Origin: a virus
Taxonomy: Duplodnaviria; Heunggongvirae; Uroviricota; Caudoviricetes
Reading direction: 5' to 3' (one strand)
Length of the DNA stretch: 26,886 nucleotides
IMG/VR virus record: IMGVR_UViG_2737471860_000002
Coordinates: 1-26,886 of that record
This document shows, in pieces, positions 17,621-25,180 of this stretch. Each line of letters starts with the position of its first letter. Position 1 is the first letter of the stretch. A model generated the notes under the pieces. It was not told the origin of the DNA. It saw only the letters and a program-made list of their open reading frames with translations, and searched no databases. Both the position numbers and the translations under genes were made by a program.

Positions 17621-19152
17621 AGTAAACCTCCCTCATTTTTCAGGCCGCGTGTCAGCTTCATCTGGCGGCGCGCGTTGCGTTCTTCCGGTTTTGCCGGGCG
17701 GTTCAGGCGGTGCAGCTCGTAACGGTGGCAGTCATCTTTACTGGCAAGGAAGCCCAGGAAAATGGCCACAGCGGCGTCGCCGTGACGCTTGCGGCCATCG
17801 CTGCCTTTAGTACGGGTATCGTCAATGCCGGGAACGCCACGCAGTAACTGAATGGCCCCGAGGTCATTGATCACGTCTTCATGCTTCGGAAGGATCAGCT
17901 CATCATCTTCAAATGCTGCACGGAAACGGGGCATGTTTTCGCGGTAGAACGCCACGGACAGCATCACCTGTTCCACTTCGTCGCCGTACCGCTCCGCCGC
18001 CTGTTCTGCCAGATACTGACCATTCCCCCGCGCATCCATTTTGATACCGTCACGACGGGGCAGACGATCGCAAAGCCAGAACAGCACCTGCTCCTGCTGT
18101 TTAAACGGCACATTGCCAAGCTCAACCAGGAACGGCACCTCGCGGGTGGTGTCATTGTTCACCGTCACCGGGGCCAGTACGGTCAGGTCACCCGAACGCG
18201 CAAAGTCTTCCCCCAGACAGTGGCGCAGGTTCTTCGGGAGTTTTTCCAGTTCAGGGCGCACCACTGTTTCCAGCCATTCCCGGATATCTGCCCGGCGCTG
18301 GCTTTCCGTCAGTGCGTTAAATTCCGGTGTGCCGGTAAAGCGCAACACTTTCCCGGTGCCACGGGCCGCACGTTCACGCAGTGAGCGGGGGATATACGTG
18401 CCGCCGCCGTTTTTCGGGACGCAGTAATATTCCTCCAGTGCGTCTTCGCGGGTGGCGGTATTTCGCAGCAGGCCTTCTTTCCATTCCGCCTCGGCTTCCG
18501 GTGACCACACCATGCCGCGCACCTGACAGATACGCCGGTACAGCCCGTCATTGCAGGCGTCGTCCAGCGTGATGGTGTGAATGCTGTAATCTTTTTTGCC
18601 CGCGCGGCTTTCCTGAATCAGCTGGTTAAACAGGTTGTCCACGCCGTCATGGGTGGAAATAAGGCGAATTTTGCCGCCCCATGTTTTCAGCGGCAGCACA
18701 GCCTTCAGCAGCTCGTCCAGTTTTTCATGGAACGCGGCTTCGTCGATGGTGACATTCCCCTGCATCCCGCGAATGTTGCTCGGGTTGCTGGACAGTGCCT
18801 TGACCTTAAAACCGCTGGCGAAGTACACGACGAACGTCAGAATGGCCTTGTCTTCGTCGGTGATCACTTCCTCGCAGATTTCTTCCGCTGCCGCATTAAA
18901 CGCTTTCGCCCACATCGCCACGGCGTCGATAAATTCGCGGGCCATCTCCTTATTCGAACCGATATAAAAGTGATCGCGCCCGCCGTCTTCCTTCTTCAGC
19001 GATGCCGTCAGTGCCGCATCTGCCGCCTCCGCCCAGGTTAAACCGGTACGGCGGGATTTCTCTGCAATTTTCAGGTCGGCATCATCCGCCACCCAGCGTT
19101 TCTGATACGGCAGCAGGACATCGTATTCACTGAATGTGTTCATCCTGGTCAT
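17617..19152 (-). CDS. Terminase large subunit
   Basis: 511-aa ORF after the small terminase (4-nt overlap); N-terminal Walker-A-like KSRRTGLT and acidic C-terminal nuclease-like region. Confidence 0.75.
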   Translation of the reverse strand: MTRMNTFSEYDVLLPYQKRWVADDADLKIAEKSRRTGLTWAEAADAALTASLKKEDGGRDHFYIGSNKEMAREFIDAVAMWAKAFNAAAEEICEEVITDEDKAILTFVVYFASGFKVKALSSNPSNIRGMQGNVTIDEAAFHEKLDELLKAVLPLKTWGGKIRLISTHDGVDNLFNQLIQESRAGKKDYSIHTITLDDACNDGLYRRICQVRGMVWSPEAEAEWKEGLLRNTATREDALEEYYCVPKNGGGTYIPRSLRERAARGTGKVLRFTGTPEFNALTESQRRADIREWLETVVRPELEKLPKNLRHCLGEDFARSGDLTVLAPVTVNNDTTREVPFLVELGNVPFKQQEQVLFWLCDRLPRRDGIKMDARGNGQYLAEQAAERYGDEVEQVMLSVAFYRENMPRFRAAFEDDELILPKHEDVINDLGAIQLLRGVPGIDDTRTKGSDGRKRHGDAAVAIFLGFLASKDDCHRYELHRLNRPAKPEERNARRQMKLTRGLKNEGGLL

Positions 19153-19730
19153 ACACTAATCCCCAGTATTTCACGTTTGATGGTGTCAGCCGCACCGCCT
19201 GACAGACCGCCTGTTCTGACCAGCTCTTCGGTTTTCTCTGCCATCTCCTGCGCAAACGCATCGCGGATCGCTTTCTCGCGTTTATGGCTGGTCATGGCTG
19301 CCGCTTCCAGACGCTGGGCAACCAGCGCCAGTTGCCCCAGCGCCTTCGGTGCAACGGGCTTGTCGTCTTCTGCCATCGACATGGACGTTTCAAAGGCCAG
19401 CGTTTTTACAAACTCCATCAGCAGCTTGCCGACGTCTGACGTCGGCGCGGAACCCAGCTTTGCCGCCCAGACTTCGGCCATTTCGCGGGAGGCGCGGATT
19501 TTGGCCCCGACTTTTTCCATGCGGATGGCATAGCGGTTTAAGCCCGTCCGGCTTAACTGCATCTCTTCCGGCAGGTTATGTTCGTCAATCAGGGCGTTGA
19601 TGGCTTCGCGGATTTCTTCCTGTGTGTGCCGCTTTTCCCGCAGCATCTGATGCAACTGCTCCCGGATGCTGTCCGGGAGTAAATCCACTTTGGAAAGACG
19701 GCCACGGGTGGGGCGTTGTTCATTTTCCAT
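19149..19730 (-). CDS. Terminase small subunit (Mu gpD-like)
   Basis: ORF track gives a start at 19751; I prefer the ATG at 19730 (MENEQRPTRG...), preceded by AGGAGG 7 nt upstream. Helix-rich basic protein ahead of the large terminase. Confidence 0.65.
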   Translation of the reverse strand: MENEQRPTRGRLSKVDLLPDSIREQLHQMLREKRHTQEEIREAINALIDEHNLPEEMQLSRTGLNRYAIRMEKVGAKIRASREMAEVWAAKLGSAPTSDVGKLLMEFVKTLAFETSMSMAEDDKPVAPKALGQLALVAQRLEAAAMTSHKREKAIRDAFAQEMAEKTEELVRTGGLSGGAADTIKREILGISV

Positions 19731-19867
19731 GTGTGCCCTCCTGTTGCTCACTACGCTGTGAACTTTCGTATGCAGATTTCAGCGCGCCACTCTGGATTTC
19801 ACGCCATGTCAGGTTGTGCGCCAGACGGCGGAGTTCATCACGGGACGCTTTACTTATCGGATTCTTT

Positions 19868-20167
19868 TTACGGTTCACGACGGCCCCCGTCTTCAGTTCC
19901 CGGTGTTTTCAGACCGGCGTATATTTCTTCGCGAACGGACCGGATATCCTTACCCAGCAGCTTCCACAGCCGCGCACATGCCGGTGATGAACGCAGGGCA
20001 CATTTCATGGGGGTATCCGGTGCATCCGGGTTCCATGGCTTTCCTGTATGTTGTTCGTATGCACGGACAATGGCGTTTTGCTCGATATCTGCCATGACAA
20101 GGCAGTACGCCAGCTGCCGCACGACGGCCCGTTCTCCGCGACTTAACGGCTTCAGTTTTCGGGTCAT
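19868..20167 (-). CDS. Hypothetical protein (99 aa)
   Basis: ORF tightly packed after the 97-aa gene (3-nt spacing); no family recognised. Confidence 0.5.
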   Translation of the reverse strand: MTRKLKPLSRGERAVVRQLAYCLVMADIEQNAIVRAYEQHTGKPWNPDAPDTPMKCALRSSPACARLWKLLGKDIRSVREEIYAGLKTPGTEDGGRREP

Positions 20168-20169
20168 GC

Positions 20170-20463
20170 TCAGTCTCTCGCACGGGGTTTTTTAACGCCC
20201 GGCACACCGGACAGGCCATTTGCCACATCCTCGCCGCTGCCGGTGATTTCAGCCACGTAACAGCCGCCCACATCAGACAGACGAACCAGCCCCTGCTCGC
20301 GCAACCATGCAAGCTGGGTGCGTACCACATCACGGGATACCTTATGACCGTAAGCCTGAAGGCAGGTCTGCAACACGGATTCATTCGCGCTGTCGCCACA
20401 GTCCAGCAGGGAACGCAGCAACACAAGACGACGGTCTTCAGTGAGGATCTCTTTCATCGCCAT
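20170..20463 (-). CDS. Hypothetical protein, possible winged-helix DNA-binding fold (97 aa)
   Basis: TAATG-type overlap with the upstream gene; RRLVLLRSLL...VSRDVVRTQLAWLREQGLV looks wHTH-like. Inference only. Confidence 0.5.
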   Translation of the reverse strand: MAMKEILTEDRRLVLLRSLLDCGDSANESVLQTCLQAYGHKVSRDVVRTQLAWLREQGLVRLSDVGGCYVAEITGSGEDVANGLSGVPGVKKPRARD

Positions 20464-20768
20464 TAATTTTTTTCCTTTAACTCGTTCTCTAATAACAAAT
20501 CACTGATGCGGGATACCTGGCGGATGGATGGCCCCAGCTCTTTGATTTCTCCCCGCAGGTTGCTGATATCCAGTTGCAGACGGTGGAACTCATCACGATC
20601 AGGTAGCTGATGTACCTGGCTTTCCATCACCGACACGCGGGAACGCAACAAATCAAACTCTTCGCGTTTGACGTACGTCTTCGCCAGAATCAACTGAAGC
20701 AGGTTTATTGCTGTCATTAACAGCGCCCACAGAATGGGCCAGTTGGCTCTGATCATTTCCCAGGACAC
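20463..20768 (-). CDS. Small membrane protein with N-terminal TM helix and coiled coil (i-spanin-like or Mu-specific membrane protein)
   Basis: 101 aa; hydrophobic WPILWALLMTAINLLQLILA followed by a heptad-like charged region. Confidence 0.5.
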   Translation of the reverse strand: MSWEMIRANWPILWALLMTAINLLQLILAKTYVKREEFDLLRSRVSVMESQVHQLPDRDEFHRLQLDISNLRGEIKELGPSIRQVSRISDLLLENELKEKN

Positions 20769-20980
20769 GTCTTCCTCCTGCGTTCCCGCATCTGCTGACA
20801 GTCAATACAGGTCACCACATCCGGCAGCGCCGCAAGGCGCTGTACCGGAATAACGTTCCCGCAGTCATTGCAGAAGCCCCGACTGTGGGGCGCTTCTTTT
20901 GTCCGTATCTGCCAGGCTTTAACGACGCTCTGACGCTCGTTCAGAACCACTTCACTGATGCGGTCGATTTCGTCGGTCAT
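20753..20980 (-). CDS. TraR/DksA-family C4 zinc-finger protein
   Basis: 75 aa with CNDCG...(17 aa)...CIDCQ, the CxxC-x17-CxxC spacing characteristic of this family. Confidence 0.7.
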   Translation of the reverse strand: MTDEIDRISEVVLNERQSVVKAWQIRTKEAPHSRGFCNDCGNVIPVQRLAALPDVVTCIDCQQMRERRRKTCPGK

Positions 20981-21585
20981 TTCGGCCCCGCAGATATTTT
21001 GTGACGACTTGATTTGCTGTAACGGGCAAAGCCGTCAAGGGTTCGCACGCCGAGATAGCCCAGCGCAGGGGTAAGCAACATCAGCGTGATATCCCAGTCC
21101 GGTGATGGCATATGCAGCGTGATACCTCTGGCACCGGCAATGGCTCCGGCAATCTGGCCGCAGGAAAGCAACAGCACATAGGCAAGACTGCTGTAACAGG
21201 ACAGGCGGGCCAGCAACGGGCGCGTCTGGCGCACATAGCTGTCCGTGGCGTTGTCACCATTGCGGATGGTTTCCTGCTGTTCGTGGTGTGCGGCCTGCTG
21301 ATCAGCCAGCACCAGCTTCTGCCGTTCCACCTCCAGTTGTTGCAACTGAATTTTCAGGGTTTCCAGCTGCATCAGTTGCTCCGGTGACAGCATCACCAGC
21401 TTTTGTTCCAGAATGCGTTGCTGTTCAGCCACCGGCAGGCTTTCCCGGACGCTTTCCACCATACCGGCCACCGAGTCAGCGGCGGCAGATGTACTGCCAC
21501 CAAACCAGCGCCCGACGGAACGAATCAGCCCCGGCCCGGCTTTCAGCAGAACAGAGGCGATGCCTGAAAGGGTTAACGGATCCAT
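20977..21585 (-). CDS. Hypothetical lysis-region protein with central coiled coil and two C-terminal hydrophobic segments
   Basis: 202-aa ORF; 4-nt overlap with the downstream TraR-like gene; composition read from translation. Confidence 0.5.
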   Translation of the reverse strand: MDPLTLSGIASVLLKAGPGLIRSVGRWFGGSTSAAADSVAGMVESVRESLPVAEQQRILEQKLVMLSPEQLMQLETLKIQLQQLEVERQKLVLADQQAAHHEQQETIRNGDNATDSYVRQTRPLLARLSCYSSLAYVLLLSCGQIAGAIAGARGITLHMPSPDWDITLMLLTPALGYLGVRTLDGFARYSKSSRHKISAGPK

Positions 21586-21983
21586 GAATCCCCCTTATGA
21601 AAACGGCGCTGATGTTTATAAAGTGCCGCGCAAAAAATACCGCCCAGCCAGAACGCCAGCTGATAAGGCTCCTTCAGATAAAGAATGCCGAATGTCAGCA
21701 TGAAAAAACCAACGGCCCAGACCACCCATGACCACACGACAATTCGAAGGGAAGCGGCCCGGAAACGCCTTTTGGGTTGCAGGCGATAAGGTACGTTGCC
21801 CAGCTGGAAACTGTGAATCAGACAGAGTGTCGCGCCGTATGCCAGCACCATGACCGCAAACGCCCGCCATCCGGCAAAACAGCTCGCCAGAAAAAGTACT
21901 GTCGACAGCCCCAGAAACGACCACTGGCACAACATAAAGCGGGAGTAAATAACGCGAACAAAAAGACTATTCATTCTGTGCAT
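21573..21983 (-). CDS. Polytopic membrane protein (about 4 TM segments), holin-like candidate
   Basis: ORF track gives a longer 193-aa version; I favour the start at 21983 (MHRMNSLFV...), with AAGGA about 9 nt upstream, because the N-terminal extension overlaps the 75-aa ORF and looks non-protein-like. Confidence 0.5.
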   Translation of the reverse strand: MHRMNSLFVRVIYSRFMLCQWSFLGLSTVLFLASCFAGWRAFAVMVLAYGATLCLIHSFQLGNVPYRLQPKRRFRAASLRIVVWSWVVWAVGFFMLTFGILYLKEPYQLAFWLGGIFCAALYKHQRRFHKGDSWIR

Positions 21984-22194
21984 TGAGTTTTTCCTTGTAC
22001 TTCTGGCACTGCCAGAAAATGTCCCGTGTATCCACGGAGTTCCAGCCACGCATGTAGTAGCTGGCGTGTGTGCCGTCATGGCCGGTATAGTCCAGCGGTT
22101 TCGGGGGCGGACCTCCGGCCATGCGGTGCAGAACCTCCTGACGCAGGCGGTCACGCCGCCCGGCTTTCAGTGAGGCATCCCAGCCTTTACCCAT
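21967..22194 (-). CDS. Small basic hypothetical protein (75 aa) immediately after the endolysin
   Basis: 8-nt overlap with the endolysin stop, consistent with translational coupling. Confidence 0.45.
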   Translation of the reverse strand: MGKGWDASLKAGRRDRLRQEVLHRMAGGPPPKPLDYTGHDGTHASYYMRGWNSVDTRDIFWQCQKYKEKLNAQNE

Positions 22195-22792
22195 ATCCCC
22201 CCCGCGTGGCGGACATGATGCCTGGAGGGGTATTGATGATTTCCAGACAGGCGTCGGTCAGCTTTTCCATGCGGTTAAACCATCCGTTCAGGTATTTGCC
22301 CTGGGCGGGTTTTGATTTGATGATGTCGGCATAAAAGCGGGAACGACGGACAATGCAGCGGGTCAGCAACCAGTCCGGGGTGGACAGGCTCACGGCCTTA
22401 CGGGTACGCGGGCCGATGATGCCGTCAGCATCCACATCAGCGGCTTCCTGCAAAATCCTGATGGCTTTTTTAACGCCATGCTGAACCGCCGCATCGAACA
22501 CAAACATCGCCACGCCATCAGGCCACTGGTCACATCCGGCAGGCAGCCAGTAATCGCGCCAGTAAATCTGCGCAACCTGTTCGCGGGTCAAATCCCTGAT
22601 GCGGGTATCCGGTTTGCCGTCGCCGTTGACATCAGTTTTGCCATCAATCACACCGTCGCGGCGGTCAGAAATGCCGTATTTGGTTTCACCGCCACGGTCA
22701 GTGGGGTCATTGACATAGACGCCTTCGATATCGGGACGCAGAATAAAATTCAGCGCATGCTCAAAGGCTGGGGAGAATTTTTGATTTTCCAT
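22187..22792 (-). CDS. Endolysin, GH108-type lysozyme with C-terminal peptidoglycan-binding domain
   Basis: 201 aa; N-terminal ...DIEGVYVNDPTDRGGETKYGISD... matches the GH108 signature (EGGY, NDP.D.GG.T..GI) as I recall it; first gene after the Mor-like gene. Confidence 0.75.
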   Translation of the reverse strand: MENQKFSPAFEHALNFILRPDIEGVYVNDPTDRGGETKYGISDRRDGVIDGKTDVNGDGKPDTRIRDLTREQVAQIYWRDYWLPAGCDQWPDGVAMFVFDAAVQHGVKKAIRILQEAADVDADGIIGPRTRKAVSLSTPDWLLTRCIVRRSRFYADIIKSKPAQGKYLNGWFNRMEKLTDACLEIINTPPGIMSATRGGYG

Positions 22793-22804
22793 AAAAGCAC
22801 CTGT

Positions 22805-22831
22805 GAAGCAGATTTAAACGTGGTCTGCTTC
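22805..22831 (-). promoter_or_regulatory. Hairpin (8-bp stem GAAGCAGA/TCTGCTTC, 11-nt loop) immediately upstream of the endolysin ribosome-binding site
   Basis: Inverted repeat read directly at 22805-22812 and 22824-22831. Confidence 0.4.
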
Positions 22832-22847
22832 ATGGTGCCGGAGGCAT

Positions 22848-22871
22848 AAAAAAAGCCGGATTTACCGGCTT
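22848..22871 (-). terminator. Intrinsic-terminator-like hairpin plus U7 tract directly downstream of the Mor-like gene; copy B of the duplicated 38-bp element
   Basis: Stem 22853-22859 pairs with 22865-22871; plus-strand A7 at 22848-22854. The wider element GGAGGCA-N-AAAAAAAGCCGGATTTACCGGCTTCA-N-TGA spans 22840-22877. Confidence 0.55.
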
Positions 22872-22877
22872 CATTGA

Positions 22878-23327
22878 TTAAGGGCGTCGTGGCGGACGAC
22901 GAACGGGGTGAGGCAGGTTCGGGGAGTGGTAGAACAAATCCGGCTGGTATTTATTACGCTCCAGACGCCGCATCCGTTTGATGGCCTTGTAGACGGTTTT
23001 ATACGTCACTCCGTAACGCTGAACCAGTTCAGGAATATTATGGCCGTTAAAATCACGCCAGATACGCATATCCCGGACAAGATTCTCCAGAATATTCCCC
23101 CTCGGAACATAAACCTGCATCCCGCCAATATGGCGACAAATCGCCACAACCAGCTCAAGGGAATGAGCAGGGTCTGCGCCAATCCGGGCCAGCTCTTTAC
23201 GCAGCAGTGCGTTCAGTTCAGAAAGTAACGCCGGATAAGCGGTGTTTTCCTGGTAATCGTTAAGATATTCCAGAACGCTGTCGTCCCGAAGGTCTTCGAA
23301 TAAATCCTGCTCTTTCATCTGTTTCAT
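22878..23327 (-). CDS. mor: Mor/C-family transcriptional activator
   Basis: 149 aa; strong resemblance by memory to Mu Mor (DLF.DL.DD..L..L, ALLAELN.LLR.EL.R.G.DPAHSLE.VVAIC.H.GG.QVY.PRG, RD.RIW.DFNG.N..EL...YGVT..TVYKAI.RMRR); lies directly after gemA as in Mu. Confidence 0.7.
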   Translation of the reverse strand: MKQMKEQDLFEDLRDDSVLEYLNDYQENTAYPALLSELNALLRKELARIGADPAHSLELVVAICRHIGGMQVYVPRGNILENLVRDMRIWRDFNGHNIPELVQRYGVTYKTVYKAIKRMRRLERNKYQPDLFYHSPNLPHPVRRPPRRP

Positions 23328-23875
23328 ACAGCAATTCTCCCGCTGTTTCGTGCGCGGGCATATGCACTGGTCAGTGCATCATAGCCGCGCAGCTCCCGCC
23401 CGGATGGGCTTACAGGTAAAGGCACACCATGTCGGGCAAAGGCTTCCCGGATGCAGCGCATATGCCACTGTTTGAGCGTTTCGAGCACAACCTGCAACGA
23501 TTTCCCGTGACACCAGGCCAGAGTGGAAACACCCTGGCCGCCATTACGTCTGGCCGTCAGGCGTTCAACGTATTTGTCCAGCGCGGCGTCGCTGCTATCA
23601 GCGACAAAGCCATCCTGAAACATCTGCTGCCAGATTTTATAAATCTTCTCGCGCGGTGTGACATACCCCTTAAAGCGACGGCGGGGATGTTTTTTCTGCT
23701 TTTTAAAACCGCGCTCTTTCATGGCATCGAGCACACGTTCCAGTTGTGCGACGGTCAGCTCGCGGCAACTGGTCTTGCCTGTGCACTGCACCAGAAAGGC
23801 GCGGTAAGTGTCATCGTCGAGTTGTAGATCACGACGGGCGACATGAATTAATTTAATCAGGGATGTGCGATTCAT
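23324..23875 (-). CDS. gemA: GemA-like protein (Mu gp16 family)
   Basis: ORF track gives a start at 23911; I prefer the ATG at 23875 (MNRTSLIKLIHVARRDLQLDDDTYRAF...), preceded by GGAGG. Position upstream of mor as in Mu. Confidence 0.65.
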   Translation of the reverse strand: MNRTSLIKLIHVARRDLQLDDDTYRAFLVQCTGKTSCRELTVAQLERVLDAMKERGFKKQKKHPRRRFKGYVTPREKIYKIWQQMFQDGFVADSSDAALDKYVERLTARRNGGQGVSTLAWCHGKSLQVVLETLKQWHMRCIREAFARHGVPLPVSPSGRELRGYDALTSAYARARNSGRIAV

Positions 23876-23895
23876 TATCGTACCTCCGAAAAAGA

Positions 23896-23915
23896 GGCGG
23901 TGCGGCAACACCGCC
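23896..23915 (-). promoter_or_regulatory. Hairpin (7-bp stem GGCGGTG/CACCGCC, 6-nt loop) followed on the minus strand by UCUUUUU, immediately upstream of the gemA RBS
   Basis: Inverted repeat read directly; terminator-like on the minus strand, and it also lies in the 5' leader of the plus-strand ORF. Confidence 0.4.
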
Positions 23916-23947
23916 AGAATCCACTCACTAAACAGAGGAAACTTTTT

Positions 23948-24214
23948 ATGAAAAACAGTGAACAGCCTTATGATGTTGCAGGGTATGTCATTGCCTCAAG
24001 GTTGCTGATACTCCTTGTCAGAAAGGGGCTGATTACCGCAGAGGAAGGCAAAACGATCCTCGAAGCCGCAGCAAGCGGAGCGGCAGAGGCTCCGGCATTG
24101 AGAACAACGAATAATCCCATTCTGCAAATATCACAGCTAATCACTGATACCATCAGTTTGTTAGACCAAGATTCTGATGAATATCAAAAGCCTCAGCCAT
24201 CTGAGCATCCGTAA
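23948..24214 (+). CDS. Hypothetical opposite-strand small protein (88 aa)
   Basis: ORF track gives 23900..24214; I place the start at the ATG at 23948, with AGAGGA 8-9 nt upstream. Mixed charged/hydrophobic composition. It is the only plus-strand candidate in the window, and its 3' end is convergent with and overlaps the next minus-strand gene by about 60 nt. Confidence 0.4.
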   Translation: MKNSEQPYDVAGYVIASRLLILLVRKGLITAEEGKTILEAAASGAAEAPALRTTNNPILQISQLITDTISLLDQDSDEYQKPQPSEHP

Positions 24215-24467
24215 GAATATCTTTATTTGATAGTCCCAGCCTGCGACGAATGTATTCCTCGCGGGCTGCTTCATTTTGTAGCGCCACGGCAGCTTCCACC
24301 TGGTTCATTTCACGGTTAATAATGCTCCGGACTTCTCTGGCGGTGAGGTCATGCTCAATACCATATTTAACGATATCGTGCATACGTTCCAGCATCTTTA
24401 AATTAGCCATGACGCCATCAATATCAACTGGTGTGAATTTCATTTCTTTATTCTCTGGTTTATTCAT
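24153..24467 (-). CDS. Hypothetical early-region protein (104 aa)
   Basis: Start placed at 24467 (MNKPENKEMKF...), preceded by AAGAGG 9 nt upstream; 8-nt overlap with the upstream gene. Confidence 0.55.
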   Translation of the reverse strand: MNKPENKEMKFTPVDIDGVMANLKMLERMHDIVKYGIEHDLTAREVRSIINREMNQVEAAVALQNEAAREEYIRRRLGLSNKDILTDAQMAEAFDIHQNLGLTN

Positions 24468-24642
24468 TTCGTAATACCTCTTCGCAATAAAAGATTTCAC
24501 TGGGATAACGTTTTTGTATGCGCTCCATCACCTGCATACACACCTGCTCTGTGGGCCAGATTTTTTCTGTTACCGGAATGGCATCACAGGCATCATTTCC
24601 ACAGGTGCCAACCAGCAGGACAAAGCCAATTAACTTAATCAT
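24460..24642 (-). CDS. Small Cys-containing protein with N-terminal signal/TM segment (possible lipoprotein, non-canonical lipobox)
   Basis: Start at 24642 (MIKLIGFVLLVGTCGNDAC...) with AGGAA upstream and an ATGATTAA-type overlap with the upstream stop. The longer track ORF would overlap the upstream gene by about 100 nt. Confidence 0.5.
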   Translation of the reverse strand: MIKLIGFVLLVGTCGNDACDAIPVTEKIWPTEQVCMQVMERIQKRYPSEIFYCEEVLRNE

Positions 24643-25177
24643 GCTCGCTGATTTCCTGTGTTTCCGCCGGAACTGGTGAATAATCAAGAATGAGATAGCG
24701 CAGGACGTGGTCGGTGATATTCCAGCCACTGGAGCCACAAATAAAACGACCCAGCCGGATATCGATATAAGCCATCACAAAACGGGGCATTCCCTGTTTG
24801 CACATCTCGTCATCCACTTCAGCAACGATGTAAACCGACTCGCAGGTCAGTACGCCTGTCGCAAATTCTTTTGCCAGTGCCGGAATGGCATTGCCTTCCA
24901 GCCAGGGCAAAGAGCGGCGGAACGCGCACCATTGAGCATCATCAACATCGGGGTGTTCAGTTGTTGCGTTTCGTCTTACTGGCGGCGTTGGACGAGGGCG
25001 CGGAACGTCATAAAATCCATTGCATTCAGTGAGAACTCCGGCATCAACCGCGTCACGCAGGAAATACACCATTGAGGAAGGTGGCATCTTCATTTTTTCA
25101 GCCAGAACCCCGCAGGTCAGACGCCCGTAAGCCCGTAATAATGTGCTGACCCCATTCAGAACTTTTGCATCAATCAC
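24635..25177 (-). CDS. Hypothetical early-region protein (180 aa), possible N-terminal HTH
   Basis: ORF 3 nt downstream of the 182-aa gene; no family recognised. Confidence 0.55.
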   Translation of the reverse strand: MIDAKVLNGVSTLLRAYGRLTCGVLAEKMKMPPSSMVYFLRDAVDAGVLTECNGFYDVPRPRPTPPVRRNATTEHPDVDDAQWCAFRRSLPWLEGNAIPALAKEFATGVLTCESVYIVAEVDDEMCKQGMPRFVMAYIDIRLGRFICGSSGWNITDHVLRYLILDYSPVPAETQEISEHD

Positions 25178-25180
25178 CGG

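Noticed and set aside
19950-20426. 158-aa minus-strand ORF overlapping the 97-aa and 99-aa genes
   Set aside because: Out-of-frame overlap with two tightly coupled ORFs, and a Cys/Trp/Pro-rich composition unlike a real protein.
21573-22154. Full 193-aa version of the membrane-protein ORF
   Set aside because: The N-terminal 57 codons overlap the 75-aa ORF that is coupled to the endolysin stop and look non-protein-like; the internal start at 21983 has an AAGGA RBS.
23968-24153. 61-aa minus-strand ORF with a TGATG coupling overlap to the upstream early gene
   Set aside because: Its position fits the operon, but the protein is Ala/Ser/Val-rich with few charged residues and lacks an RBS, whereas the overlapping plus-strand ORF has a strong one. 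It is kept as the alternative explanation for that locus, not excluded.
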